Below the pieces are notes generated by a model. It saw only the letters and a list, made by a program, of their open reading frames with translations, did no database searches and had not been told where the DNA came from. 64,000 nt of DNA from the human T2T-CHM13v2.0 reference genome, Homo sapiens: assembly GCA_009914755.4 (NCBI GenBank), contig CP068257.2:14528001-14592000 (forward strand), in the 5' to 3' direction. Below, piece after piece: positions 1-13,045 of this stretch (the stretch's first letter is position 1; each line of letters opens with the position of its first letter). The translations under genes were made by a program, and so were the position numbers.

Positions 1-254
1 GATCTTTTGAATAACTTACTTCAGCTTCTCCATCAGCACTTGCTGCTTCATATTGCATTTCTATCTTACAACGATGGCTTCTTTCCTTAAACCTTATGAA
101 CCAGCCTCAGCTAGCTTTAAACTTTTTTTCCTGCAGCTTCCTCGCCTCTCTCAGCCTTAATGAAATTGAAGAGTTAGGGCCTTGCTCTAGATTAGACTTT
201 GGGTTAAGGGAATGTTGTGTTGTTCCTGGTTTGAACGTCTATCCAGACTACTAA

Positions 255-645
<391 letters not shown>

Positions 646-878
646 CAAGGCTGTTTCTTAGCATTTGTATATTCACTGGAATAGCACTTTTAATTTCCTT
701 GAAGAACTTTTCTTTGCATTCAAAACTTTCCTCTTTGGCACAAGAGGCCTAGCTTTTAGCCTGTTTTGGCTTTTGACATGCTTTCCTTGCTAAGCTTAGT
801 CACGTCTAGCTCTTGATTTAAAGTGAGAGACGTGTTAACTCTTTCTTTCACTTAAACACTCAGAGGCCATTGTAGGGT

Positions 879-1189
879 ATTCATTTATTTTTGAGATGGA
901 GTTTCACTCTTTCGCCCAGCCTGGAGTGAAGTGTTGCCATCTCGGCTCACTGCAACCTCTGCCCCCCGGGTTCAAGCAATTCTCCTGCCTCAGCCTCTTG
1001 AGTAGCTGGGATTACAGGCACGTGCCACTATACCCAGCTATTTTATTTTATTTTATTTTTTTGTATTTTTAGTAGAGACAGGGTTTCACCATGCTGGCCA
1101 AGCTGGTGTCGAACTTCCGATCTCAGGCAACCCACCCTCCTTGGCCTCCCAAAGTGCTAGGATTACAGGCGTGAGCCACCACACCTGGA
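879..1189 (-). mobile_element. Alu SINE, full length, AluS-like
   Basis: The reverse complement matches Alu left and right monomers. The internal A-rich linker appears as (TTTTA)n at 1040-1062. The direct repeat CCATTGTAGGGT at 867-878 and 1190-1201 is the TSD. Confidence 0.88.
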
Positions 1190-1721
1190 CCATTGTAGGG
1201 TTTTTAATTGGCATCATTGTAATATTATTATGTCTCAGGGAATAGAACAGCCTGAGGAGTGGGCAAAATTTGGAGAAACCATCGGTCAGCATAAAAGTCA
1301 GAACACACACAACATTTATTAAGTTATCTGTTTTATATGAGTGGTTTGCGGTGCCCCCAAACAATTACAATAGTAACGTCAAAGACCACTGATCACAGAT
1401 CAGCACAACCGATATAATGAAGAAAGTTTGAAATATTGAGAAAAATACCAAAATGTGTCGCGGAGACACAAAGTGAGCACATGCTGTTGGAAAAACAGTG
1501 CTGATGATAGGCTTGCTTGACACAGGGTTGCTACGGACTTTCAATCTGTAAACAATTTAATACCTGTGAAGGTCAGTAAGTGAAGTTCACTAAAATGAGT
1601 TATGCCTGTGTATTTTTCCACACGTTAATTATTGCTTTTTGAGAAAGCATAAGGTGTTATCTTTTAATGATTATTTATTGATTATGATGTTTACTGAGGC
1701 TCTTGTGGATGGTTCGGTTCA

Positions 1722-1778
1722 ACAAGTATTTGATTCATGGCTACTATGTGTTGAGAAGTGAGCATGGGAATAGAAAGT
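1722..1778 (-). mobile_element. MIR SINE fragment (3' core region), tentative
   Basis: TTCAACAAGTATTTGATTCATGGCTACTATGTG resembles the reverse complement of the MIR 3' core (..CACATAGTAAGCGCTCAATAAATGTTTGTTGAATGAA). Confidence 0.35.
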
Positions 1779-1974
1779 AACTCTCCCGCCCCAAATCAAA
1801 ATGACAAATAGTCCTAGGTTTAGGGAGTTTAGAATATGCCTGGTATATAATAGGTACTCAGCATACATTGTTCAATGATTGAATAAATGCACTAAGGGAA
1901 ACAATTAGAGTATAATATCTATGCTTAAGTATATATATATATTATCTATATATCTCTCTATATAAACATTTATA

Positions 1975-2318
1975 TCCAGATATTAAAATGCCAATACTTT
2001 CTAAATATTTCCATGACCCCCCCAAGCAAATCTTTGCCTACTCCTCTATCTATCTGTATAGAGATCTCTATCTATATAGAGAGATATGTAGATAATATAT
2101 ATACTTATTTGTTACATCTATCTATATATAATATAGATAATAAATCTATATATAATATAATCTATATATGATATGTAATATATCATATATAGATATATAA
2201 TAAATATATTATCTACATATCTCTCTATATAAATACATAGTTATGAAGAGAAGTAGGCAAAGATTTGCTTGGGGAGTCATGGAAATATTTAGAAAATATT
2301 GACCTTTTAATATCCAGA
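1975..2318. repeat. AT-rich inverted repeat / palindrome of about 344 bp. The outer arms are about 100 bp each and the spacer is about 100 bp of TA/TATC-rich sequence.
   Basis: Left arm 1975-2047 (TCCAGATATTAAAATGCCAATACTTTCTAAATATTTCCATGACCCCCCCAAGCAAATCTTTGCCTACTCCTCT) is the reverse complement of 2243-2318 at about 88% identity. An exact 28-bp inverted match TATATAGAGAGATATGTAGATAATATAT lies at 2073-2100 and 2207-2234 (its reverse complement on the right side). An extra direct copy of the inner-arm segment sits at 1940-1972, similar to 2206-2238. Confidence 0.8.
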
Positions 2319-3314
2319 AGTTAGAATACATATATTTACAGTAAAGATGGCAAGGAAGCATATTAGTTGATGTATTTTAAGAATGGGACAGATCTACCAG
2401 AAAAAATTAGAAAGAACAAAAGTTAATTGAGGAATATAATCAATAAACTGGATTTTTTGGGTATGTATATATGTAACACATGTGTAATAATTTTACACAT
2501 ATGTAGAGAAAACTTCATACTCTCCAAATACTGCATATTCATCTTTTCTCTGTGTTCATAAAATATACATATTTATTGAAGAACAAAAAAATAAAAAAAC
2601 AAAGAAAGTATTAACATTTGAGTTGGCATTCCAACAACAAATCAGATTTTAAACATTCATTTTAATCAGAGAAAGCATTCTAGTTTACAGCATGTTTGGG
2701 AACAATTAACATGTATATAATGAGGAGTGGTCACAGATCACAGGAAGTGAGGCTGGAAAGGTGGCTGGGGCAAAATTGCCAAGACTTTTTAATTCCAGGT
2801 GAAGTGGTTTAAACTTCATGCTATGAATAGTTAAAACTCCATACTATAAATAATGGCATTTTGTGTGTCAAGAACAGAGTGAAATGACCCAGGTTTGTTT
2901 TTGTGACTCCTGATCCTTTTAGTGTGCCCAGCCTGTCCGGATTAAACTTTTAAAGAACTCATTGACCTATGCTCTAGCAATCTAATGGAGCCAGTCTTTA
3001 ACTTCTAAAGTAATGTACTTTCTGTTAGTAATTTATGATATTTAAACTATGGAACTGAACATATTGAGTAGGGCTTTTCAAATGGTACATCATCCTTCAA
3101 ATTTCTGAAAATTCTGTTGTCTTCCTTCTCTCCCTAGTCCCTCCCATCCCCTCATGCCTTTCTACCTCTGCATTTTTTAGGCTTGGAACATATTAAATGG
3201 ACGCAGGTGTTGTTCCCACTTTAACACAAACCTTAGAGGCACAAAATAATAACCAATTTTATAAACAAAAATAAAGAAAATAATAATACCAAGAGCCAGG
3301 AAACAATAACAATG

Positions 3315-3515
3315 CAATGTAAGCTCTCGATCCAGATGGCTGAGGTTCAAATCTTGGTTTTGCCACTGATTGGCTATGACCTTGACCAATTTACTTAAAC
3401 TCCCTGCAGCTAGATTTTGAGGAATAATGTTACCTTCTCTCCTAGCAATGTTGGAGGAATAAAAGAGTTAATAGAGATTATGGCCTGATGTATAGTAGGT
3501 GGTGCATAAATATAG
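3315..3515 (+). mobile_element. MIR SINE, partial
   Basis: CTGAGGTTCAAATCTTGGTTTTGCCACTGATTGGCTATGACCTTGACCAATTTACTTAAACTCCCTG aligns to the MIR tRNA-derived and core region (CTGGGTTCGAATCCCGGCTCTGCCACTTACTAGCTGTGTGACCTTGGGCAAGTTACTTAACCTCTCTG). The 3' part GCCTGATGTATAGTAGGTGGTGCATAAATAT aligns to GCCTGGCACATAGTAAGCGCTCAATAAATGT. Confidence 0.6.
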
Positions 3516-6500
3516 TAGACGTCATTGTTGTTATCGTATAGCAGGGGAAGTTGGTATAATTTTTGTTTGTCCCTTATGTTGTTTTCTGACCTGGAAAGGA
3601 GTAACGCTGCTCCTTTTAGGAACAACCTTAGTCCTCACTTCATACATAAATCACATGTTCTTCTCTTTGCCAACACCTATATTTTGATAAGACTCAATAT
3701 CTGAAGCTAAAAACACATTCAAATCTCCTTATGTTACTACTTCTTGTTCTAACCAAACACCAACATTAGTACTTATTCTATTTTCTTGTCCTGTCTATTC
3801 ATACAATAGTGGCTTTTCTCTGTATCTGCTTTCTGCTTGTATATTGAGTCAAGGACTTTTTCCTCGAAGGCCTGTTTTGTGTGTAGCAGTTCAAGGACTA
3901 TCAAGTCAGTCCTTTATCTCAACATACTCCACAATTTGAAAAAATAAATCTCATTTTTATTAGTGTGATTTTATAATTTTTTTATAAGACTTTGTTAAAC
4001 TTTATGAATCTTCTCTAGATTTCTTTATGGTTTACATTTCCTTGTAACTTGTGAAGACCAGATGGAGGTTCAGTTAAGTTAGGGGGATTGGAGCATTGCT
4101 TAGAACATCAAGTCCCAGACTGGGCCAAGAGTTCTGAAAACAAGCTGGCTTTCTGCTTAACCAAATGAGTCATTTGGGAAGCCATTGCCTCCTTTGCTAA
4201 AGACACTTTCTTCATCATCAACTTTGATTGTGGTTTCTTTTCAGACCTATTTTGACTATAAAATAAATCTGAAAAATGCTTTAGACAGAATATCACTGCA
4301 AAATGTAAGCTATTCTTCACATTAGACTAAATTTAACAATGATCCTGAATTTAAAAACCAGAGTTAAAAATGACAAAAAAAACTGTGATGGATTTATTAT
4401 TGACATTACTGAATTGACATGGTCAGTTAGGATTAAAATATTATGAGTAATATGAATGTTACGTTATTTAAAATAAAGAGATATTAAGAGACTATTTGTT
4501 TTTATCATTTTATGAGAATAGCTAGTAGCTTCCCCTCTACCCCTTCTTCAATAAAACTAAGCAGTTCAGGACATCTTGTATTAATGCAAGAAAGTTAGAT
4601 TAATATTAATGATAATATAGTGTTTTCATGTTGTAGTTGTTCATCTGAACTGAGCCTTCAGTATTCTTTAATTTTACTCAGTGAAAATAAACTTTGTTTA
4701 TCTCAGCTCTTTAAAAATAAATGGCATTGCAGGATTGGGTAGAACCCTGGGCACTTTGTTTGGTCTTATATTACTCTGAATACCAAAATTATTTTTTTTC
4801 AAGCTAGTTAAATCATCATTTGAAACAGAGCTGCAAGACTAACATATGGACTACAGGAGAGTAATAGATGTGTCATATACCAAAAACAGAAAGATCCATT
4901 ACCCTAAATGTGAAATTGTGAGAGGGAAGGAGAATACACAAAGTAGGATGTCTGGAAGCCTTTTTTAGACTGTATTACCATCCATCTAGAAAAATGTTAT
5001 AGGTAAATAAAATATGTTCTTACTGAATAATAAGTATAATATGCGCAATTTATCCTCATTACAAAGAGATTTTATTGTGTGTGAAGAATTCCACAGAGAG
5101 CCATTACAGATCCATTATAGTGTTTTTAGTGATCTGCTCTACTTCCCAAACCGTGGTTGTTTTATGCAGTATCAGATGTATAATGTGCATTTCTATTTTT
5201 TTCCTGCTCCAAACTCGCTATGCTTACAAATAATTAGGCAGGAGGGGTTTTGTTGCCTTGTTGGCCACTTCTTAAAAGCATAGTATAATTTATTGGAACA
5301 AAATATAGTAATGCACTTTAAGGAAAGTTCTCTTATGTAAAAGCTCAATCTCAAATTGAATGAAGGGTAAATTTTTATTCGCAAGAATTGACACATTTCC
5401 AATAGGAAAGGCTTCATAGTTGCAGTATTTTATTATGATAATTGAATTTTATAAGAATAGCACCATTTACTTCTATGAAAATTTATTCTCCTTGTTCTGC
5501 TCCAGAGCTTTATTAGCTTCCCAGTATTTCCCCACTCTTCCACCTGGAATTCATGGGCCAGGCCCCAACTTACATTGTTACTTCTTTTATATATAATTAC
5601 TTTTGCACATAAGCATTTTCTTCCACTCAGCCTCCATCTTTTCAAGAATATGTGTGTTCCTTCACTTCTTGGATTCACGCTTTTACTTTCTCTACTTTTC
5701 CTACTGCTCCAATTTTTTTTCTTGTTCTAAAGGTCTTCAAAATTTTTCCCATCTCTATAACGCTATTTGTGGATGTGTGGGTCTTTTTCTTTCAAATAAG
5801 GTACACATCTGCTGTGCTGAACTGCTCATCTATCTGTAGAGCAGAAAGGGAGGGTACACCTGTTGAATGTCCAGAGTTCTCCATGGATTTTTCTAGGTCT
5901 TCTACGTTATGTACCTCATTTAATTCTCTTAACAACCAGGCAATGAAGAACTAGCATGCCTGTTTCATGGGCGAAAAAACTGAGGCTTAGTGAGTCCAAG
6001 CAGCTTCTCCCAAGTTTCTTTGGTAGAAAGCAAAAGAGGATAGATTCAAATCCGTCTTTTTCACCAAACCTGTGTTTGTTTGTTTTTTAGCTTTCCCTAT
6101 GTGTGTGTCTATTTCATTTTCCCATCTCCTGATGGCAAGGACTCTATCATGGGCAATTTTATCTTTTAGGTAGCCGTCACATATCTCAATTCTGCATTTA
6201 CCTCCTTGTGTAGCTCAGGTGCCACATTTTCCTTCACAGTGTTTTTCCGATTTTTACTTATTAAAATGATTTGCATATTCATAAGTAGAAATGGTATATT
6301 TTTCCTTGTTAGCAAAAAAAAAAAAGAAAAGAAAAGAAAATAGTCATGTGACTAATGAAAACTCTTTCAAGTTGGTCTATAGTTTCAAGTTGGTCAAGAA
6401 CATAAAAGAACATAAAAGAGTTTTTTATGTTTTCCAAGTTTGATTTCTATCAACTTTATATTCTGTGTGTGGTTGATAATATTTCTCAGTTTATACAGCT

Positions 6501-9500
6501 TTGTGTTCTCTTAAAGAATAATACCCACTTTTCATAGACTATTTAAATCTTCATTGGGAAAAAATATCAAAATTTATAAATTATATGAATATATTTAATT
6601 AGCACATGTGCCCCAAAACTATGTACATCTATTATACAGCAATTTTAAAATTTTAAATAAAAGGTAAATGTAAAAAAAGTACATGAACTTTGAACCAAAT
6701 TTAGACATGCTTAATAAAGCCTATGTTTATCACTTTGAATTTGGTATTATTTATTTATTATTATTATTTATTACTTTGAATTTGGTATTATTTAAAAAGG
6801 AATCCAGTTTTTAAAACTTTAAATGAAATAACATGTCTGAAGAGAGTTTCTAGATGCAGCTTACTCATCTATATAGGGAGCAAATTACAAATAAAGTCTT
6901 TAAAGAACCCATAAATGTTGAGATAACGTGGAATTACTGATAAGCAACTCAAAAGCTGCTCCTTAATATTGTTCACCTATTTATCACCTTATTCTAAGCC
7001 AAACTCCTAAACAACTGAAAAAGAAAGCTTAGATAATTGGATAATATTTCTTCACAAAGTCAGCTTAAATTTCTGTCTAAATGCATTATAATACATGAAG
7101 AAGGCTTTTAATATTACTTATGCTAAAGGAAAAAATATGCTGGTTCTTTTGTCAACCTTCTTTTGTACTAATTGTGTAAGTTTGAAGCGAGGGCTGTAGG
7201 AAATTAAAACAGAAAATAGAAGTCCTGATTGTGGGGCCTGTTGAATTTGCAGTGTAACACAGGAGATAAGGCATCAGTTTAAACAAACATAGACACACAC
7301 ATATAACATCTCAAGATCGCATAATACAGCCGCCAAGATGGGGTCACAGATGAGTTCAGTAAATAAAGAATGTCATGGACTAGTATGGTCAGAGAAATTG
7401 TTACCAAGGAGGTGCAATTTGAAAGGACACTTCAAAGAGGGGCAGGATTTTGTTAGTTGGAAAGCAGGTGACACAGCAATTTGGGCAGGAAGGAAATCAA
7501 GTTGCAGAAGTTGCTTAGGGAAAGTAGGTTTGAAGGAAACATCAGAACAACTAAAATAGAAGCTTTGCTCAAATAACAAAGTCTCGTTTTATTTTTATCT
7601 GTTTTTTTTTACTTTACCTCTATCAGTTTGTCACTCTTTTCAGGCTAGTACAAACTGTCATGTTTTAAAATCTCTGTACTTTTATTAGTTGTAGGATGTA
7701 AGCTTTGAAATAAGCTTTGCAACTGTGGAGATTAGTGTCCCATTCCTTTAAGGGTCTGGCCAACCTAGGGGATCCACAGATATTAGCTGCTAGGTGGTCG
7801 ATCACCTTGAAACACCATCCTGTTATGCTGTGTCCTAATAGCTTGAGAAGCTGAACCAGAAGTATGCAGTTCACTTCTACACATTCTGCAGCTCTTCCTG
7901 AACAACTTCATTTTTCATCTATTTCACGATGAACAGAAATATTCTCAGAAATTCTTTTTTTCTTTTAGCTACCAAGATTTGGGCCTGCTTTTTTATTGGT
8001 TATTTCGTGAGGGTAATGGGGCATTTGACCATTCTAATCCGCTTTTCTGAGAACCAGCACATTCTGAAAATTGTCTGAGCCCTCTCTCCTTTGACTATCA
8101 ATAAGGATCACTTTTAGATAAGTCGAAGAAGAGGCCAGACTGAAACAGGAACCTGTGAGGCTCCCTGTTGCATGTTTTTAATTCACACACCCACATGGCT
8201 ACATCCAACAGAGGTGACCTGAATTTTACTCCTTTGATGTTGCATACCATAAATTCCCATAGCAGGTTTGCAACAAAGGGGGTATTTTAAAGCTTTTTTC
8301 TAACATCGCCTTAGCAGATACTGACTGATCCTTTCCCAGGAACTGAGAGGGTCCCACCCATGCTCCTGATTTTAGAATCATAAACATCAGTAGGACCAAG
8401 ATGCTTTTAGAGGGATAAAGTGACTTTAATTTATCTTGGGTGGTCAAAACACAGCATGTGCAATATTTTTACAAACTATGATTCAGAAAGCACATAGTTC
8501 TAGAGCGTTTTGTTTTTTGTTATGTTGGTGTCACTGGAAACAGTTGTGCTTCCTGATGTCTTACTGAGATGGCCTTTTTGGTCATTTTGGGCCACTTTCC
8601 CAAGGATACTGCATGTTGCCTGACCTGTATTCCTGAGGAAATAAGGAGGACTTAGATTGATCTGTTTTGGACAGCGTACTTTCTCTAAGAATGGCGAAAG
8701 GAAAAACATCAGACTAGGATGCTCTCCAGAAATAATAACTGAGAATCTCATCCTGTTGTGTAAACTCTCCTTGTACTTTGCTCTGTGTGTGTTTGGTGGA
8801 AATATTATTTTTAAACAGCCATTTACTCTGAAAAAATATGATTTTGCATTAAATTAGTTTTAAAGTTAAGGGATATATATAAGACCTTTTTATTAACAAG
8901 TTGATGAGATGAGCATTAGTATACCTATAGGAAGTTTTTGAATGAGTGCCAATTCTGAATTTACAAATCAACATTTCTTCTCTCCAGCTTTCTTTAGCTT
9001 GCCCATGGTGATGTGAAGATGAGAAGAAATAGCAAGGCCCAACCAGTTCTTCATCTGGAGACAGTTCAACGTTCTGCAAACCAGGTAAAAATAATACAGA
9101 CGATTTTAGGAATGCATAGTCACTTTATAAAATAAACTATTTTCTTTCTCAAGTTTGATCTACAGATTTTTGCAGAAGCTATATTTATCATCTAATGTAT
9201 AACTTGTTAATAAACATGACATTGTATCAATTTCGATTATCTGTGAAGAGCAGAGTGACTAAAGCATGCATTTGTGCATTGACTCATTAATAAAGTTATA
9301 GTTGTAGTATAACTTACTTTTATAAAAATATTTTAAAGAAAAAAGAGGACATGTGGCTATTTGATTTGCTTGTTACAATTCTAAACAAAGTAAAGAGAGG
9401 TATGGGCTAAATAAATTTAATATTTCTTTAAAAAGTAACTTTTACCAAATGAATACATGTGCATATATTTAAAATTCAGGTAAATTTAAAGGCTAGTAAC

Positions 9501-9806
9501 TAAAGAAATAAACCTTTTGGCACAACTGCAGGAAAGGAACCACTTTCAAACTCTTTAATTTTTATTTTACTTTTGTGGTTTTAAATAACATCTATAAATC
9601 TATCTCAGGATTTTTAGAGTTAGTGCTCTAACAATTGATTTCTTGTTGCTATAGATGTGGATTTAAACTTCCTTAAGACCTCAAAATTCTTGATTCTCCC
9701 AATATAGCTATATCACTATTTTTATTGTTTTAATTTAAATCTGTATCTGAATTTATAGTTAGTAAGACTATACAAATAATGTTTACTGCTGAGACTGGTG
9801 ATGTGA

Positions 9807-10264
<458 letters not shown>

Positions 10265-10380
10265 TTTATTCTTCTTTTGCTCAGTTTCTCCCTCACCATC
10301 TCCCTATCTCCCTTCTCCCCTCCTTCCTTTTTCCCTCCCTTCCTCCTATTCTTCTTCTTTTTATTTTTTTTCTAGGTCTT
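10265..10380. repeat. Pyrimidine-rich low-complexity tract
   Basis: CT-rich run (..TCTCCCTCACCATCTCCCTATCTCCCTTCTCCCCTCCTTCCTTTTTCCCTCCCTTCCTCC..). It explains the S/P/L-rich ORFs at 10144-10581 and 10236-10451. Confidence 0.6.
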
Positions 10381-11129
10381 CCCGAACCCTCCATTATCTT
10401 TATAAAATGCCTTTCTATTCAATTTTCTACAATGACAAGCTGGTCAAATAATCTAGAAAGGTCCCCTTCCCACTACCCTTGGAGAAATCTCTCCTGCTAC
10501 CCTGGCTCCTTCCAGATAAAAGTAGAAAGAGACAGGAGACTTTTATCTCCTTCCACTTTTACCTTCCACTTTTATCTCTAGTTGCGCTCGAAGGCTTCTT
10601 ATAAAGAGATGTCATTTAGGGTTTTGTTTTTGTTTTTATTTTGGCTGTCGCCCTAGTTTATTCTTCCATTTTATGATGTGGTAGGTGTTTTTTTTGTTGT
10701 TAGTTTTTGTTTTTGTTGTTGTTTTTTGTTTTTTTTCTAGAAATCATGTCCTCTTTTTACTTGGCTCTGCCAAAAAGCTTGATTTTACCCCAGTAAAACT
10801 GATGTTAAGTTTCTGGCCTCCAGAACTGTAACGGAAGAAATCTCAGTTGTTTTTAAGTCAGCAAGTTTGTGGGAATTTGTTATACAAGAAAGAAACACAA
10901 TTTGCATTAGAGTTTCTTTTTCTTCCTCATTCTTTGCAATGATTTTTGGAAGTAGAAAGTTATGGAAAGATTATTTATTTTACCTTCTTGAAATTGGAAT
11001 CCTTTAGTTATCTGATTTAAGATAGTTTTCTTTTTCTTTGCTATAAAGGTTATATCCACCTTCAGAACAATGATGCATTCTCAGTTGTGGAATTTTAATA
11101 GAGTCTTCATTCCTCTCCTCGTCTTAGTA

Positions 11130-11300
11130 CATTATCTCCTGTCATATCATTCTCTCCTCTTCTCCCCTCCCCTCCCCTCCTGTACTCTCCCTGCCCTCCC
11201 TTCCTCTCCCTTTCCCTCCCCTCCACCCCCCTGCCCTCCTCTCCCCTCTCCTCCCCTCGTCTCCCTTCCTATCCCTTCCTCTTTTCTCCTTTTCCTTTCC
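11130..11300. repeat. Pyrimidine-rich low-complexity tract, degenerate (CCCCT)n/(CCTCT)n
   Basis: ..CTCCTCTTCTCCCCTCCCCTCCCCTCCTGTACTCTCCCTGCCCTCCCTTCCTCTCCCTTTCCCTCCCCTCCACCCCC.. The sequence is almost free of purines. It explains the ORF at 11070-11306. Confidence 0.7.
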
Positions 11301-11506
11301 CAGTAATCCAGCAGTTGCCTACTGAGTGCTAGACGTTGTGACAGGCTTTGGAAATACTGAAACCAATAAAGCAGTTTGATGCCTCCATGAGGTCACCATC
11401 TATTGGTATAGAGGAGGGACAAAAGTAACATTTGTTTCGTGCAAGACATAAAGCCAAAAGCAGAAATAAAATCAACAACTAAAATACTGTACTAAATACA
11501 AAATCA

Positions 11507-11880
<374 letters not shown>

Positions 11881-12184
11881 ATTAGATACATGAACAAAAT
11901 ATTGTGACCTCACATAACATTTAGCAAATCGCTCTGCTTGGCAGAGACTGGGATAATTTATTGAAGAGTGCTTGTGCAGCATCTTAGGAGATGAATTAGC
12001 ATTTTAGAAAGAACTAAATGGGAGAAAGGCATTTTATGGCAAGGAACTGGCTCTGTGGAAGGCACACACGTATTAAGGAGCACACGTTTCTTGAGCATGG
12101 CCAGATATTTAATGTGCCCAGAACATAGATTAAGAGTGGTAGGAGTGTGGGCTAATGAGACTATAAAGGTCAAATTATGATGAA

Positions 12185-12211
12185 TATTATTATTATTATT
12201 ATTATTATTTT
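12185..12211. repeat. (ATT)n microsatellite, about 9 units
   Basis: ATTATTATTATTATTATTATTATTATT is directly visible. Confidence 0.95.
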
Positions 12212-12885
12212 TGCTGTGTTAAAAGTTTAGGTTTTTATTATTTTGGAAATGAGGGAAACTAAAGGTGTTGAGCAGAAAAATGGCATGTATTTTAGGAAGA
12301 AAATTCTGGCAGTATTTTGATTATTGAGCTGCTGGAGAGAGGCTGGAAAACCAGGGAAGGGGCTTTGTAAGAAACCAGGTGAGCAGTAGATGACAATTAC
12401 CTGAGTCAAAACAGTAGAGGCACTGGGACAAGATCAGAGAATGGAATCAAGAGATATTTCTGAAACCAAATTGGCAGAGGGATGAAATTTCTACCTTTTA
12501 GTGAAAGACAGTAAGTGCAATGCTAGCAGTCACAGAGAGCAACTGGATGCCAGGGGAGAGGGACTCAACTGGGTCTGGGCAGAAGCAGAGGAGGTGACAT
12601 CTAAGATAAGTCTTAAAAGAGAGAAGAAACAAGCTACATGAAAAAGAAGAGAAGCCAGAAAAAGGAGAGAAAGCAGATTGTGGCTGCAGGGCTCTCCAAA
12701 CACCAAAGACTCTCTAGTAAAAGGCATGGCCATGACAAACAGAGTGGCTGCTGGCTTTGCTTTAATTAGCATATAATTATTGGTGGAGAAAGTCTGGTGG
12801 GAGGTAAGGTGGGAAGGAACCAGTCACTGGAGACTTCTGGTTAATGTCCCCATCCTTTCTTTCCCTAAACATCACTCTTATCCTG

Positions 12886-13045
12886 TGTAGCTGGGACTAC
12901 AGGTGTGCACTATCACACCTTTGTAACTTTATTTTTTTGTAGAGATAGGATGTCACTATTGCCCAGGCTAGTCTTGAACTCCTGGGCTCAGGCAATCCTC
13001 TCTCCTCAGTGTCCCAAATTGCTGGTATTTCAGGTGTGAGCCACC
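12886..13045 (-). mobile_element. Alu fragment: left monomer plus the start of the right monomer, old and divergent
   Basis: The reverse complement reads GGCTGGGCACGGTGGCTCACACCTGAAATACCAGCAATTTGGGACACTGAGGAGAGAGGATTGCCTGAGCCCAGGAGTTCAAGACTAGCCTGGGCAATAGTGACATCCTATCTCTACAAAAAAATAAAG..CCTGTAGTCCCAGCTAC. Confidence 0.75.

Noticed and set aside
1920-2240. Regularly spaced short repeats (TATC/TAGA/TATA units) that could superficially resemble a CRISPR repeat-spacer array
   Set aside because: The units are 2-4 bp microsatellite motifs, not 25-40-bp repeats with unique spacers. The context is eukaryotic and the structure is better described as an AT-rich palindrome.
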